A stretch of 64,000 nt of DNA. Origin: Lingula anatina (Eukaryota > Animalia > Brachiopoda). The position numbers and the translations under genes were made by a program. Location of the stretch: contig CM120644.1 in NCBI GenBank assembly GCA_051362555.1, forward strand, positions 16,762,534 through 16,826,533, in the 5' to 3' direction. Below the pieces are notes generated by a model, which saw nothing but the letters and a program-made list of their open reading frames with translations, was not told the DNA's origin and searched no databases. Below are positions 1-10,629 of the stretch, piece by piece; position 1 is the first letter of the stretch; every line of letters begins with the position of its first letter.

Positions 1-169
1 CGGTTGCACGTTCTAAGAGCAGTCGCATACGGAAATAATTTTCTTTTTCATTTATTGGGATTTCAGAGGGTATTCCCAGTGTTGCTGCCATGGTAAAACG
101 GCTGGGTTCTACGAAAAACAATAGTATCTATCTTATTCTATTAAATCAATAAAATGGGTGTTAAATCTT

Positions 170-172
<3 letters not shown>

Positions 173-239
<67 letters not shown>
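173..239. repeat. (TA)n microsatellite
   Basis: Direct reading; interrupted once by GGCC. Confidence 0.95.
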
Positions 240-240
<1 letters not shown>

Positions 241-709
241 GAGAGACAGAATCTTTGAGAATTTAACAAATTTCTTTTAATCACGGATGTATGTCGTATA
301 CTTATCTAAATAATTGAGAAAATTATAATATACGGTATATATAATATGAGATTGTACTTTGTCCATTATAAGCACGCTGGTCAGCTCCGGTCAGCTCCGA
401 GAAAAGTCAAATTTTAAGATAGAAACACTCAAGTGATTGCATTCAAATTTGGCGTGGGCATTACCTAATGTGCAGGGAGCTTTCAGAAACCAAGCACAGA
501 GACGACTGTGACCCAGGAATCTAGAAAAAGGTCTTTCAAATCGATTCATAAATCAAGATCGAGACAAAGGTAAAGTTGAAATTTATCAGTTGCAGAGATG
601 ATTATGTAAGACTGTGTAACTCTCAATTGTGACAGAACACAAAACAAAGACTGCTCACAAGCACCCTGTGTATACAGACGATCTCAAACCTGTTGGCTAA
701 CTATGCATA

Positions 710-1750
710 ATGACGAAAGGCAAAAGAAAGAGCAGAGGAAGTGGAGGATGTGATATGGAGGGTGCGGAAAATCAAGCGAAGAAAGGATGCCAGATAAACA
801 CCCCGCCCGAAAATAAAGCTACAAGTGAAATTCTACACGAAGCAAATAAAGTGCTACACCATGAAGAAAAAGATGGGGCAGTATTGAAAAGTGACAGGTC
901 ACCAGTGTTTACACTTGAAAACAATGGGAAAAATACAGACCAGGTGACGAAAGAAGATGGGAAAAAAGAATCTGATGCGGTAGCGGGACTTTCGGATAAA
1001 TTAGACAAGGTAATCACAGTTGTCACAGAGCTTCGAAAAAACCAAGATACACTAAAGAAAATGTTCGAATCTAAATTAGACAGGTTTAAGGAAGAAGTTC
1101 TGATGAACATGAACACTAAAATAAAAGCGCTTGGGGATGAGTTGACCCTAGATATCAACAAAGAATCGGCCAGAATAGATGGGGTGTTAAAATCATTGGA
1201 TGATATACAAGAAAGAATTGAGAAACTAGAGGCAAATGGCATCTCCGATACACCAAGTGGAGGAATATGGGAACCAGAATACCCGCCAGACAAGACATGT
1301 GTGATTAGTGGTATGATAGAAGAATGGGGAGAAAATCTGCAAGGGAAATGTGAGCAGCTGATTAGTAAGGGCCTTGGTCTACGGGATACGGTCCCCATAA
1401 GATGTATGAGAATGAAATCTAGCAGCAATAAACCGGGTCTAATAAAGGTACAGATGAAAACTCATGCCGAAAAACTTGACATTCTTAAAGCAAAAGTCAA
1501 GCTTGGGAAGAAAGGCAGCGGGTATGAAAAAGTGTATATTCGGAGTTATTTAACACCAGAGGAATTGAGTAGGAGGCAGACCACAAGGACGCTTCTGAAT
1601 ATGATGCCTAACGGAAGGGATTACAGGTTAACGCGCAATGGTCGGCTGGAAAAAAGAGATACAAACTTGGTGGAAAGCAGTCTTGAACATCAGAGTGGAT
1701 TGAGTCACGGTGGATCGATTCATGGCAGAGCAAATGGTAGTGCACGCTAG
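710..1750 (+). CDS. LINE ORF1 protein (coiled coil plus RRM-like/basic C-terminal region)
   Basis: 346-aa ORF directly upstream of the RT ORF. Heptad-rich middle (LSDKLDKVITVVTELRKNQDTLKKMFESKLDRFKEEV) and C-terminal PGLIKVQM..K..IL..K..L....Y..VYIR motif typical of LINE ORF1p. Confidence 0.8.
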   Translation: MTKGKRKSRGSGGCDMEGAENQAKKGCQINTPPENKATSEILHEANKVLHHEEKDGAVLKSDRSPVFTLENNGKNTDQVTKEDGKKESDAVAGLSDKLDKVITVVTELRKNQDTLKKMFESKLDRFKEEVLMNMNTKIKALGDELTLDINKESARIDGVLKSLDDIQERIEKLEANGISDTPSGGIWEPEYPPDKTCVISGMIEEWGENLQGKCEQLISKGLGLRDTVPIRCMRMKSSSNKPGLIKVQMKTHAEKLDILKAKVKLGKKGSGYEKVYIRSYLTPEELSRRQTTRTLLNMMPNGRDYRLTRNGRLEKRDTNLVESSLEHQSGLSHGGSIHGRANGSAR

Positions 1751-4700
1751 GAAGAGGCCCAGCTACAAAGAAGCACACTTAAAATTGGGCAGTTGAATGT
1801 GTGTGGTTGGACTATAAGGAACGAGGAATTGAGAAAATGTTTAATTAAGGCTTCGGGCTGTGACATAGTATGCATATGTGAAACTCATCTTATTGGAGAA
1901 AAATCATTAGAGATGGACGGTTATAAGTGGCTAGGTTTAAATAGACAATCTCTACATGTAAGAGCCCCTAAGGGATCAGGGGGGGTTGGTGTTTTGATAA
2001 AAAATGATGTGTTAACGGAATACAATGTAACAGTATATGATAAATCTGTGGAAGGGATAATCGGTGTTAGATTTGAGCATATGATATCAGGGTACAGCAT
2101 GTTAGTGTTCTCATGTTATTTACCCCCGGAAAATAGTCCGTGGGGTAGAGATGCAGAATCTTTTTTCTCACACTTGCTAAGTCAAATTTACACCGCAGCT
2201 GATATGGATGCAGTAGTTGTTTGTGGTGATTTCAATTCCAGAATCGGTAATTTACAAGACTGCATTGAGGGAATAGATAACCTTCCAGAGAGAGCCTGTG
2301 TTGATGAAACCGTCAATCAGCACGGTGTGTCTATGATAGATTTCTTAATAGAATCAAAATTCTGTGTATTAAATGGTAGAGTTTCTAAAGAGAAAGACGA
2401 CTTCACTTGTAGAACAGGACGGGGTTTGTCAGTAGTTGATTATATAATAGTAGCTCAAGATATGTTTAGTAAATGTCATAGTATGCACGTATCTCCATGT
2501 AGTGACTTAGTAGAATGTCATCATTTACACTCATTGCTAAACGGCAGATCAAAGGTACCTGATCACGCATTTTTATCATTTGTGCTAGACACACATGTTC
2601 AGTTAACAGAAGAATCAGAGTGCTCAATAGAGAATAACAGTGCTCCAAGTAAGGGTAGAAGGTTTAATTTCAATAAGATAAATGAGAATTTTATGGCATC
2701 TCATATGTGCAGAACAGCAATTTTAAACATAATTGAACGGATACAGTGTAATCGTGAAGAGCAAGAGGATATAGACAGTATATACAGGGATTTTACAGAT
2801 GTTGTTTTAAATGAAATGAATAAAAATATACCCTACTTGGATACATCAAAGAAAATGAGAAAAAAGTGTAAATCAAGAAAACGATTTTGGAACGAGGAGC
2901 TGCACGACTTTTGGCTAGAAATGAACAGACGTGAAAAAGCTGTCCGACGGGCCAAAAATAAAAAAGAGAGACAAGGGCTTTTTAAATTGTTTCGCGAGGC
3001 ACAACATGTGTTCGACAGAAAGTTTAGATTCTTCGAAAGAAAAGACAGATTAGAGAGGTCTACCAACATTGAAGAGTTGCATGCTAGAGACTCTAAGCAA
3101 TTTTGGCAACAAGTGAACAGGTTAGGTCCTCGTAAAAACAAAACCATCCCATTAGAAGTTTATGTTGATGGAAACGTTACCACTGATAAAAACACTGTAA
3201 TAAATAAATGGAGGGATGATTTCCAAATGCTGTACAATAACTATGGGAATAATGAGCCTAGGAAAGACAAACACAAGGCTGACATACAAAATAGTAATAT
3301 TCTGAAAGAGCAATACATGATAGATCCTCTGTACGAAAGTAATGGGATGTTGAATAGAAACATTGATATTAGTGAAATAGTTCGTGTAATAGCTAAAATG
3401 AAAAAAGGAAAAGCACCTGGAGTAGACATGCTGCCCAACGAAGTGTACAAATGTGATAATGCTATTAAAGTTATGCATAAATTATTTCAGTTATGCTTGG
3501 ATTCGGGAAAGATTCCCTCAGTATGGCGGAAGGCAATTATTTGCCCTATTCCAAAGGACAGTAAATTGGATCAGAGGGTTCCTCTGAATTATAGAGGAAT
3601 TAGTTTATTATGTTGCTCAGCAAAAATGTACACGAGTCTTTTAAACGATAGATTAACTGAGTTTTTTGACAACAGAAATGTTCTAGTAGATGAGCAGAAC
3701 GGTTTTCGCAGGGATAGGTCTTGTCAAGATCACATATTTGCCTTGGATTCTATCATAAGAAATAGACTTAATGTTGCATTATCAACCTTTTGTGCTTTCA
3801 TAGACTTTCATAAAGCATTTGATTGCATCGACAGAGATTATTTAATGTACAAATTATTGAGATCTGGTATAGATGGTAAAGTATACTGGGCTATTAGAAA
3901 CATATATGCATTTACAGAAGCTTGTGTTAAGGTAGGAGACATGCAATCTAATTGGTTCAATACTGAATATGGTGTAAGACAAGGTGATAATCTATCACCA
4001 ACCCTATTTGCCTTATATATTAATGATTTAGCGCAAGAGATAAAACGGATCTCGAAAGGTGTTGAAGTAGGAAAAAACGTTGTAGATATATTATTATATG
4101 CAGATGATGTGGTATTTATTGCTCCTACTGAGGAAAACTTGCAAGCTATGCTTGATAAGCTAAGTGAGTGGTCTTATAAATGGAGTTTATTTGTTAACCA
4201 AAAGAAAACAAAAATCGTACATTTTAGAAAACCAGGTGTTGAAAGGAGTAACTTTCAGTTTAATTGCGGTGGAGTGCCACTTGATTATGAAAAGTCTTAT
4301 AAATATCTTGGAGTCACCTTAGTAGAGACACTTAATTATAGTACAAATGCAGATGTGATGTCTTATGCTGCAGGTAGGGCACTGGGTTCCATAGTAGCTA
4401 AGTATAAACATCAAGGATATATGGGGTATTCCACGTACACAAAGCTTTTTGATTCTTGTGTTAGTCCCATTCTAGAATATGCAGCAGGTGTTTGGGGATA
4501 TAATGAATATAAGCAGCTAGATAAAATTCAGTTTAGAGCCGCCAGGGTATTTCTTGGGGTGCACAGATTTACTCCTCTTCTGGCCATAGAAGGGGATATA
4601 GGTTGGATGAATACTAAATATAAAAGATGGTTGCACCTTATAAGATTGTGGAACAGACTTTTGAGCATGAGTGACAATAGGATTACAAAACAAATTTTCA

Positions 4701-5290
4701 TTAGAGATTATGACTTGGCAAAAGAGGGTAACATTAATTGGTGTGCTCATGTCTCTCGAGTCTTAGCTGTTTGTGAAATGGAGCATTTGTTTAATGATTT
4801 AGTTTATTGTGATGTTGGCGTTATAAAGAACATATTATTTAAATTGCAGGAGAGAGCCTGGAAAGAAGCAGTATTAAAAAAACCAAAGTTAAGGGTCTAC
4901 AGAAAACTTAAAGAAAATTTATTTGTGGAAAATTATGTTAAGTACAATTTAAAAGCTGCGGAAAGATCGATCACGGCCCAGTTTAGATCAGGGGTTCTTC
5001 CATTACATGTAGAAACGGGCCGCTTTGTTAACAGAAAATTAGATGACAGACTATGTTTTCTTTGTAACACACAAAAAGTAGAAGATGAGTATCATTTTTT
5101 ATTTGATTGTCCAATTTATAAAGATTTAAGAAAAAAATGGTTTGAAAAAGTAAAAGTGGGTGATCTTATCTTTCATGACCTGGAAGTGGTTAAGGAGAGA
5201 CCTCAAGTGCTTTTTACAGATTTTCATAGAAGCACAGCGAGGTTTCTCTTTAACTGCTTTCAGGTCAGAAAGAAGCTTCTATATAACTAA
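1751..5290 (+). CDS. LINE ORF2: APE endonuclease, reverse transcriptase and CCHC zinc knuckle
   Basis: Endonuclease motifs LNVCG, ICETH, GGVG, GDFN, VDY, PDH. RT motifs KAPGVD, NYRGISLL, QNGFR, DFHKAFD, GVRQG..LSP, YADD, YLG. C-terminal CFLC..EDEYHFLFDC. The frame is open from 1751; the track start at 1793 is TTG, not ATG. Confidence 0.95.
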   Translation, partial: EEAQLQRSTLKIGQLNVCGWTIRNEELRKCLIKASGCDIVCICETHLIGEKSLEMDGYKWLGLNRQSLHVRAPKGSGGVGVLIKNDVLTEYNVTVYDKSVEGIIGVRFEHMISGYSMLVFSCYLPPENSPWGRDAESFFSHLLSQIYTAADMDAVVVCGDFNSRIGNLQDCIEGIDNLPERACVDETVNQHGVSMIDFLIESKFCVLNGRVSKEKDDFTCRTGRGLSVVDYIIVAQDMFSKCHSMHVSPCSDLVECHHLHSLLNGRSKVPDHAFLSFVLDTHVQLTEESECSIENNSAPSKGRRFNFNKINENFMASHMCRTAILNIIERIQCNREEQEDIDSIYRDFTDVVLNEMNKNIPYLDTSKKMRKKCKSRKRFWNEELHDFWLEMNRREKAVRRAKNKKERQGLFKLFREAQHVFDRKFRFFERKDRLERSTNIEELHARDSKQFWQQVNRLGPRKNKTIPLEVYVDGNVTTDKNTVINKWRDDFQMLYNNYGNNEPRKDKHKADIQNSNILKEQYMIDPLYESNGMLNRNIDISEIVRVIAKMKKGKAPGVDMLPNEVYKCDNAIKVMHKLFQLCLDSGKIPSVWRKAIICPIPKDSKLDQRVPLNYRGISLLCCSAKMYTSLLNDRLTEFFDNRNVLVDEQNGFRRDRSCQDHIFALDSIIRNRLNVALSTFCAFIDFHKAFDCIDRDYLMYKLLRSGIDGKVYWAIRNIYAFTEACVKVGDMQSNWFNTEYGVRQGDNLSPTLFALYINDLAQEIKRISKGVEVGKNVVDILLYADDVVFIAPTEENLQAMLDKLSEWSYKWSLFVNQKKTKIVHFRKPGVERSNFQFNCGGVPLDYEKSYKYLGVTLVETLNYSTNADVMSYAAGRALGSIVAKYKHQGYMGYSTYTKLFDSCVSPILEYAAGVWGYNEYKQLDKIQFRAARVFLGVHRFTPLLAIEGDIGWMNTKYKRWLHLIRLWNRLLSMSDNRITKQIFIRDYDLAKEGNINWCAHVSRVLAVCEMEHLFNDLVYCDVGVIKNILFKLQERAWKEAVLKKPKLRVYRKLKENLFVENYVKYNLKAAERSITAQFRSGVLPLHVETGRFVNRKLDDRLCFLCNTQKVEDEYHFLFDCPIYKDLRKKWFEKVKVGDLIFHDLEVVKERPQVLFTDFHRSTARFLFNCFQVRKKLLYN

Positions 5291-6394
5291 TGTTTGGTAA
5301 CCGGTGACTCTGTAAGCCCATAGGGCTGGGCCGTTACTTATATATTCACATTATTGTATTATATTTGTATATATTCGGCATTGTCACAGAAATAAATCAA
5401 TTTAACTAATACGGTAGGAAGAATATTTTCAGTTTGTGCTAAGAAATAAACATTGGTATTTTATTGCTGTCACAGCTTTTACATGCAATTGTTAATATGG
5501 CGATCGCCAAGACATCCAATTAGGTAAAGCGCATTTTAATTCGATGTAATCAATTTAGTTTTTATATTTGATGGAGTATAGGGGGCATAAAACGGGTCTT
5601 AATATATTGGATGCACAAGTGGTGTTACTACTTTTTCATGAAAAAATAAAGAAATATACAAAAACAAATTTGACTGGTAACATCTATTTTCTACCTTTAA
5701 AAAATGGTAATTGGTTCTCTTACATATTGTAGATGGCAGGTGCACGTCTAAGAGGACTAAGAGTTTTTTAAATGAAAAATCACAACTTCTGAAAGTTGAA
5801 TCGTGATCACTTTGATACCATTGGCTTTTCTGTTTCAGCCTAGCAACATGCACCAGTAACTTAGCTACAGCAGTCCCCAACAAAATAATAACATACAATA
5901 AGTGTCAAAGTGTCAAAGAAAACAACGATCGTACCATTTGGTTTATAGATTAATCGAACGTCCAGTGCAACATTGAAACGTGAGTAAACGGGTCAATAAT
6001 AAAAAAAGTGGTGTTGAATGTGGTGGCAAAGCAAACCAAGCGCTGGAGCCCGTTTCTCAAGAAAAGTTTAAGTTTGCCCTTAACCTTTGGAACCACAGCT
6101 TTTTTTTTTCGTCTTCCTCAATTCAGGATAAACGTGATCGAGTGAAGAGACTGAACTGGCATACAAATAAAGAACGGTCAGAATTTATTTTAAAAAAAGG
6201 AACACTAGCTTTTTAAAACATCACCAAAGTACATTAAGGGCTTACTGGGTACTACAACCATTGATACTAGTTGTATACTCATCAGATCAAGAATTGGTAG
6301 ACATAAAGACATACAAGCACTAAAAAAAGGTCCAATATGGCTGAAATATAGAACTGTCTTAAATCTAAATAATCACGATATTTTATTCTAACCC

Positions 6395-6491
6395 CTCAGA
6401 GGGCCATGTGTAAAATAAGTGTATACACTTAACATGCATTACTATGTATCTTTAAATAAAGTTTATTATGCTTTACTATCTTTGAATAAAG

Positions 6492-6538
<47 letters not shown>
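6395..6538 (+). mobile_element. Probable 3' tail of a 5'-truncated LINE/SINE ending in (ATT)n
   Basis: Small hairpin (catgtg..aagtg..cactt..acatg), duplicated AATAAAG, then an (ATT)n run. This layout is typical of CR1/L2-type 3' ends. Confidence 0.45.
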
Positions 6539-6539
<1 letters not shown>

Positions 6540-7533
6540 GCAACATTACGAGCGTGGCTGTAAGCAAACGGTATTTTTTACAATTTAGAGCGGACTATAT
6601 TATTGACCTACCCTGTACCTGTCGGGTCAATATAAACTCAAACCATCGGTGTTAAGTTTAAGACTTAAAGGGATAACAACTCTTCGGATGAGATCAACAT
6701 TTCACATTAAACACATTGTAAACAACTGATATAAATATAATATATTCAACTTTACCACAAATACGGCAGTTATTTTGAAATCTGTGCTTGTCATCTGACC
6801 ACGTGACCTCCATAGATGCTCTGTTATAATCTTTTAAGAAATTATGATTAAAAAACAAACTTTAAAAAAACAGGGACTAACTTTGAATGTAGAAATGAAT
6901 TCATTAACCGTCAGTAAGTGTGGGAAATTGTCGTTTACCCCAAGGAAATTCATTTTTTGGCCTAAATGAACAGTTGTTATCCTTTTTGTAAGCCATCGGG
7001 CCTAGCGGGGAGGGGGTCCTTTGAATACGACCTTTTTTGTAAAAGATTTATTGTTTTCTTAAAAGGAGGCGCATGTTTGTATATGTAATTATTCCCAAAT
7101 AAAAGATGTAAGAGGCTGATGTGTCGCAGTCGTCAGGTATATACAGTGTAATGGCGCCGTAGGAAGGAATCGATTATATTAGGTGAAATGGAAGAGAAAG
7201 TCAATATATTTACTTATACCCATTGATGTAACTTTTTCGCCAGTTGTATATTTAACTTTAAGAAATGAACACACTCACACTGTAACTATCATAATCATAT
7301 ACCTTATCAGTGTAAATATTAACACTTACCAGGTAAGATAACAGGCTTTCATGAAAAAAGTGAACATTTACACGTACCGTCTCCTCCCTCTACGTCTTAA
7401 CGGGTCTTGTTAAAAACCAGTAGTCACGTGACACATTACACATGTTTTTAAATAGGACCAGACATCAAGGAGGTCAACAGCCGGGTACTTTTTTGGGTCC
7501 GAACGCATTTACAGCCTTTACTGTACACATGTA

Positions 7534-7697
7534 CATGCCCATAGCCAGGGGGTTCGAAACATCCCCCTTTTTGATTGGAAAAGGTCCACTTTTGGTAAAT
7601 TTGATCTAGGTAAACTGTAGGTTCCATGATAAAAGGTACACATTTTTTTAGAAAAAAAGACCCCCCCCCCTTTTTGCAACTGCTAGCCACGGTCCTG
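7534..7697 (+). mobile_element. MITE family A, copy 1
   Basis: Degenerate TIRs CATGCCCATAGCCAG / CTAGCCACGGTCCTG. Internal GGAAAAGGTCCACT..AAATTTGATCTAG shared with the other three copies. Flanked by CATGTA on both sides. Confidence 0.8.
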
Positions 7698-7708
7698 CAT
7701 GTAGCTGT

Positions 7709-7792
7709 GAATCTAACTAAGCCTTCGGGTGTTGCAGTTAAGGCATTGCTACTTGGTGTAGCTCCCAAGCCCAGATAAACGAGGACGGAGTG
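7709..7792 (+). ncRNA. Degenerate twister-ribozyme-like motif in the RTE 5' UTR
   Basis: Order of elements: TAA-CTAA-GCC, a hairpin (CGGGTG..GCAGT / ATTGC-TACTTG), TCCCAAGC-CCAG-ATAAA-CGAG-GACGG. This parallels the twister core UAA-P2-GCC..UCCCAAGC-CCGG-AUAAA-P2'-GAGGG. P2 and P4 pairings are broken. Confidence 0.45.
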
Positions 7793-8065
7793 GCAGAAAG
7801 GGCATCCTGCCGTATATAGTGCTGCCAAATCACAATGCAGATATCAACGACAAAACCTATACCGGATGGGCCGAGGTCCGGGTTTACAACGACCGTCATT
7901 GTTGCTGTAAATCAGCAGGGTCACGGTGGAACGTGTGAAGCTGCTGGTCAACCAAGGAGCACGAGGAGAAGTGGAGCGAAGAGAAATTAAGTTGAAAAAG
8001 GTGGAAATGAGAGTCGGCTAGCTAAATGCAACAGGGAAAGACAGGGAGCCAGTGGACGTGATGGT
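7709..8065 (+). mobile_element. Decayed 5' fragment of an RTE-clade LINE (5' UTR and start of endonuclease)
   Basis: Contains AAGGGCATCC.GCCGTA..TGCCAAATCA and GAGGTCCGGGTTTACAACGACCG, which I recognise from RTE 5' UTRs. Followed by a broken MRVGxLN..TGKxRExVDVM endonuclease start at about 8007-8063. Recognition is from memory, not from a search. Confidence 0.6.
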
Positions 8066-8223
8066 AATGCGCCCATTGCATAAGGGGCATTCTGTGGTAT
8101 TTGCGTCCCGGACATAAAGTTTTCAAATGGATATAAATCAACCAAAAGTAAAAATATATATAAAAAAATTCTGAAAAAAGGAAACTTCGGGGCTTAGGGA
8201 TTTATGAAAGATCTAGCTGTAAA

Positions 8224-9158
8224 CACGCTCGGCTGTCACCTTGATTGGATAGTAAACGATTGTCGTAAAATCGCTAAATGATATTAAAACCGGGTGCATA
8301 AACTTGTAAACCACCTACAACAACCTTGGACTACCACATTAATACAATACAATGCAAAAATAAACTATAACAAGTGGTTAAAGCCTTCAAACCGAATGTC
8401 GTAAAGTCCCCATATACCTCCATAGAGACAATAAAATAGAATGAGCTTCTGAAACAAACCTGATCCAGTTCCAACAGAATAATCGAAATAAAATACTGCC
8501 GGGCATCGGAGCGGCCTAAAACTTGGCACGCTTACCGCTAATACTGCAGGCTACATCATCCCGTCGCTCGTTTGTAAATTCCGTGCATGGCATACGCACA
8601 ATCAAACCGTAAAAAACAAATTCTCGGGGTGTCGTTGGCTAGGTCCACGCAACAATCCAATTCAGGAAATGACGTAACCGCAGAGGTCGCATTGTCCAAT
8701 GGCATGGCTTCTTTTTCGTAATGGTAGGTTAGAGTGGACCTGGCCAACGACACCCCGAGAATTTGTTTTTTACGGTTTGATTGTGCGTATGCCATGCACG
8801 GAATTTACAAACGAGCGACGGAATGATGTAGCCTGCAGTATTAGCGGTAAGCGTGCCAAGTTTTAGGCCGCTCCGATGCCCGGCAGTATTTTATTTCGAT
8901 TATTCTGTTGGAACTGGATCAGGTTTGTTTCAGAAGCTCATTCTATTTTATTGTCTCTATGGAGGTATACGGGGACTTTACGACATTCGGTTTAAAGGCT
9001 TTAACCACTTGTTATAGTTTATGTTTGCATTGTATTGGATTAATGTGGTAGTCCAAGGTTGTTGTAGGTGGTTTTCAAGTTTATGCACCCGGTTTTAATA
9101 TCATTTAGCGATTTTACGACAATCGTTTACTATCAAATCAAGGTGACAGCCGAGCGTG
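8224..9158. mobile_element. Foldback non-autonomous DNA transposon (~425-bp TIRs, 8-bp TSD)
   Basis: Begins CACGCTCGGCTGTCACCTTGAT and ends ATCAAGGTGACAGCCGAGCGTG. Arms are near-identical inverted repeats around a spacer of about 80 bp. GCTGTAAA at 8216-8223 and 9159-9166. Confidence 0.93.
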
Positions 9159-10629
9159 GCTGTAAACTTGAAAAATGTGACAAATTGCATATTACGGATG
9201 AAATTCTTTCTTTTTTTATTTTATCTATTATTTTGCATATAACACTCAAAATAAATTTTATTGACAGTTCTTTAATTGAGACGTAAAGTTTTACATTTTC
9301 TTGGGATAAACAGATAAAATTTAAGTGAAATCTTAAAAATTATAATCAGTCAATTTATCGCTAATCAAAACTCACTGTTATGATTTGGTGCCTATTCTTA
9401 AAGCTTATTTTTTTTAAATATATAACCTAAAATATTTTTCTGTAATATCCTCATGCAATGTTAAAAATATTTTTATAAATCATATTTGATCATTTTGTCT
9501 TCATGATTAGCTACTATTAATTTTTTATTTCAAAATTGAGCGTATATTTTATGGCACCACCCAGGGATTTTCATCTACCAGTACACCAGCGACATCTACC
9601 GGCAAAACAACTCCTGTCTGAGGCCGCATACAAGGCTGTCAGTGATGCTTTCCCTATCAGGCACGATAACCCGGCAGATGTTTGTCAGAATCTCCTCCGA
9701 GCGCAGCCGAGAATTAATAACAGCTTTGGAAGTAACTCGCTCGCCCAGCTACAGTAGTTAAATACGCCGCGGGGTATTCAGGGCACAGGCCGTGATCACT
9801 AGATACCGCCAATGGATATTTGGATTTTTGGAATTTGGATTTTTCATGTGAACGATGCCTTACAAAGCATGATCAAATTGTTATTTATATGACAAATACA
9901 TGTAGATATATATCTTGAGAAGGAAAGTTGTTAGATTTACGTTGCGAATATGGTTGAATAACGAGTCTAGGATTGTTATACATTTCTTTTTATCTGATAT
10001 ACCATAAAATGCTTGTTTATCATTTTTTTAGAATCCTAGGTAACTTGAATTTTACCGTTCATTAATGAGAAATGCAGAAAGTTATTTGATTAGGCAAAGT
10101 TGTTGTTTATTGTTGACTTCTTCTTACGAGTGTTGTAGTGGAGATGATTTTCTTATTAACATTTTCCTAACCCTTCACGGCGCTGTGCTCTTAAATCCCC
10201 CTTCCTATCCACACGTAAAGATAACAGTAAATTGATTAAGGAAGGTTTATTCTTAGGGCCAATTCCCAATGAAACTATCGTTCTACGTGGATCAATCCAA
10301 CTCCGTGAGGAACCTGATTGCATTCAGCGAGAGTAGGACAGGTCTACGTAGACTGATAGTGTCCTTGCAATCAGTTTAACACGTTAACACTCCTCCTCTT
10401 GTTTCCAATGTTTTTGTATAATTACCAGCTTTTCTGTATTCTACTAAATGGCAGGAGGAGGTTATGCGTGTGGTGAACTTAATTACGACAATAATTTTAG
10501 CACGATTTTCTTTGTGATCATATGAAAAGTTTGTTGTACGCCTATATTTTTGACCTGTATATACATATATAGTGAACTGCACAAAAACAAATCAAATGTA
10601 TTACTACCATGATTATAATAAAGATATGT

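Larger units (their letters stand above)
470..5405 (+). mobile_element. Full-length non-LTR retrotransposon (LINE; two ORFs, probably RTE-X/CR1-group)
   Basis: Two long uninterrupted ORFs, a short 3' UTR with a stem-loop and AATAAA, and a candidate 5-bp target-site duplication CTAAT at 465-469 and 5406-5410. The clade is inferred from the ORF2 C-terminal motif; the boundaries rest on the short TSD. Confidence 0.9.

Noticed and set aside
772-4750. Minus-strand ORFs overlapping the LINE
   Set aside because: Antisense shadows of ORF1/ORF2 with no recognisable motifs.
6419-6655. Poly-Tyr, poly-CV and poly-HT ORFs (also near 11720-12268, 32142, 33233, 38033, 53008, 54572)
   Set aside because: They are translations of microsatellites.
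8556-8795. ORF across the centre of the palindrome
   Set aside because: Chance ORF inside a non-autonomous foldback element; no transposase motifs.
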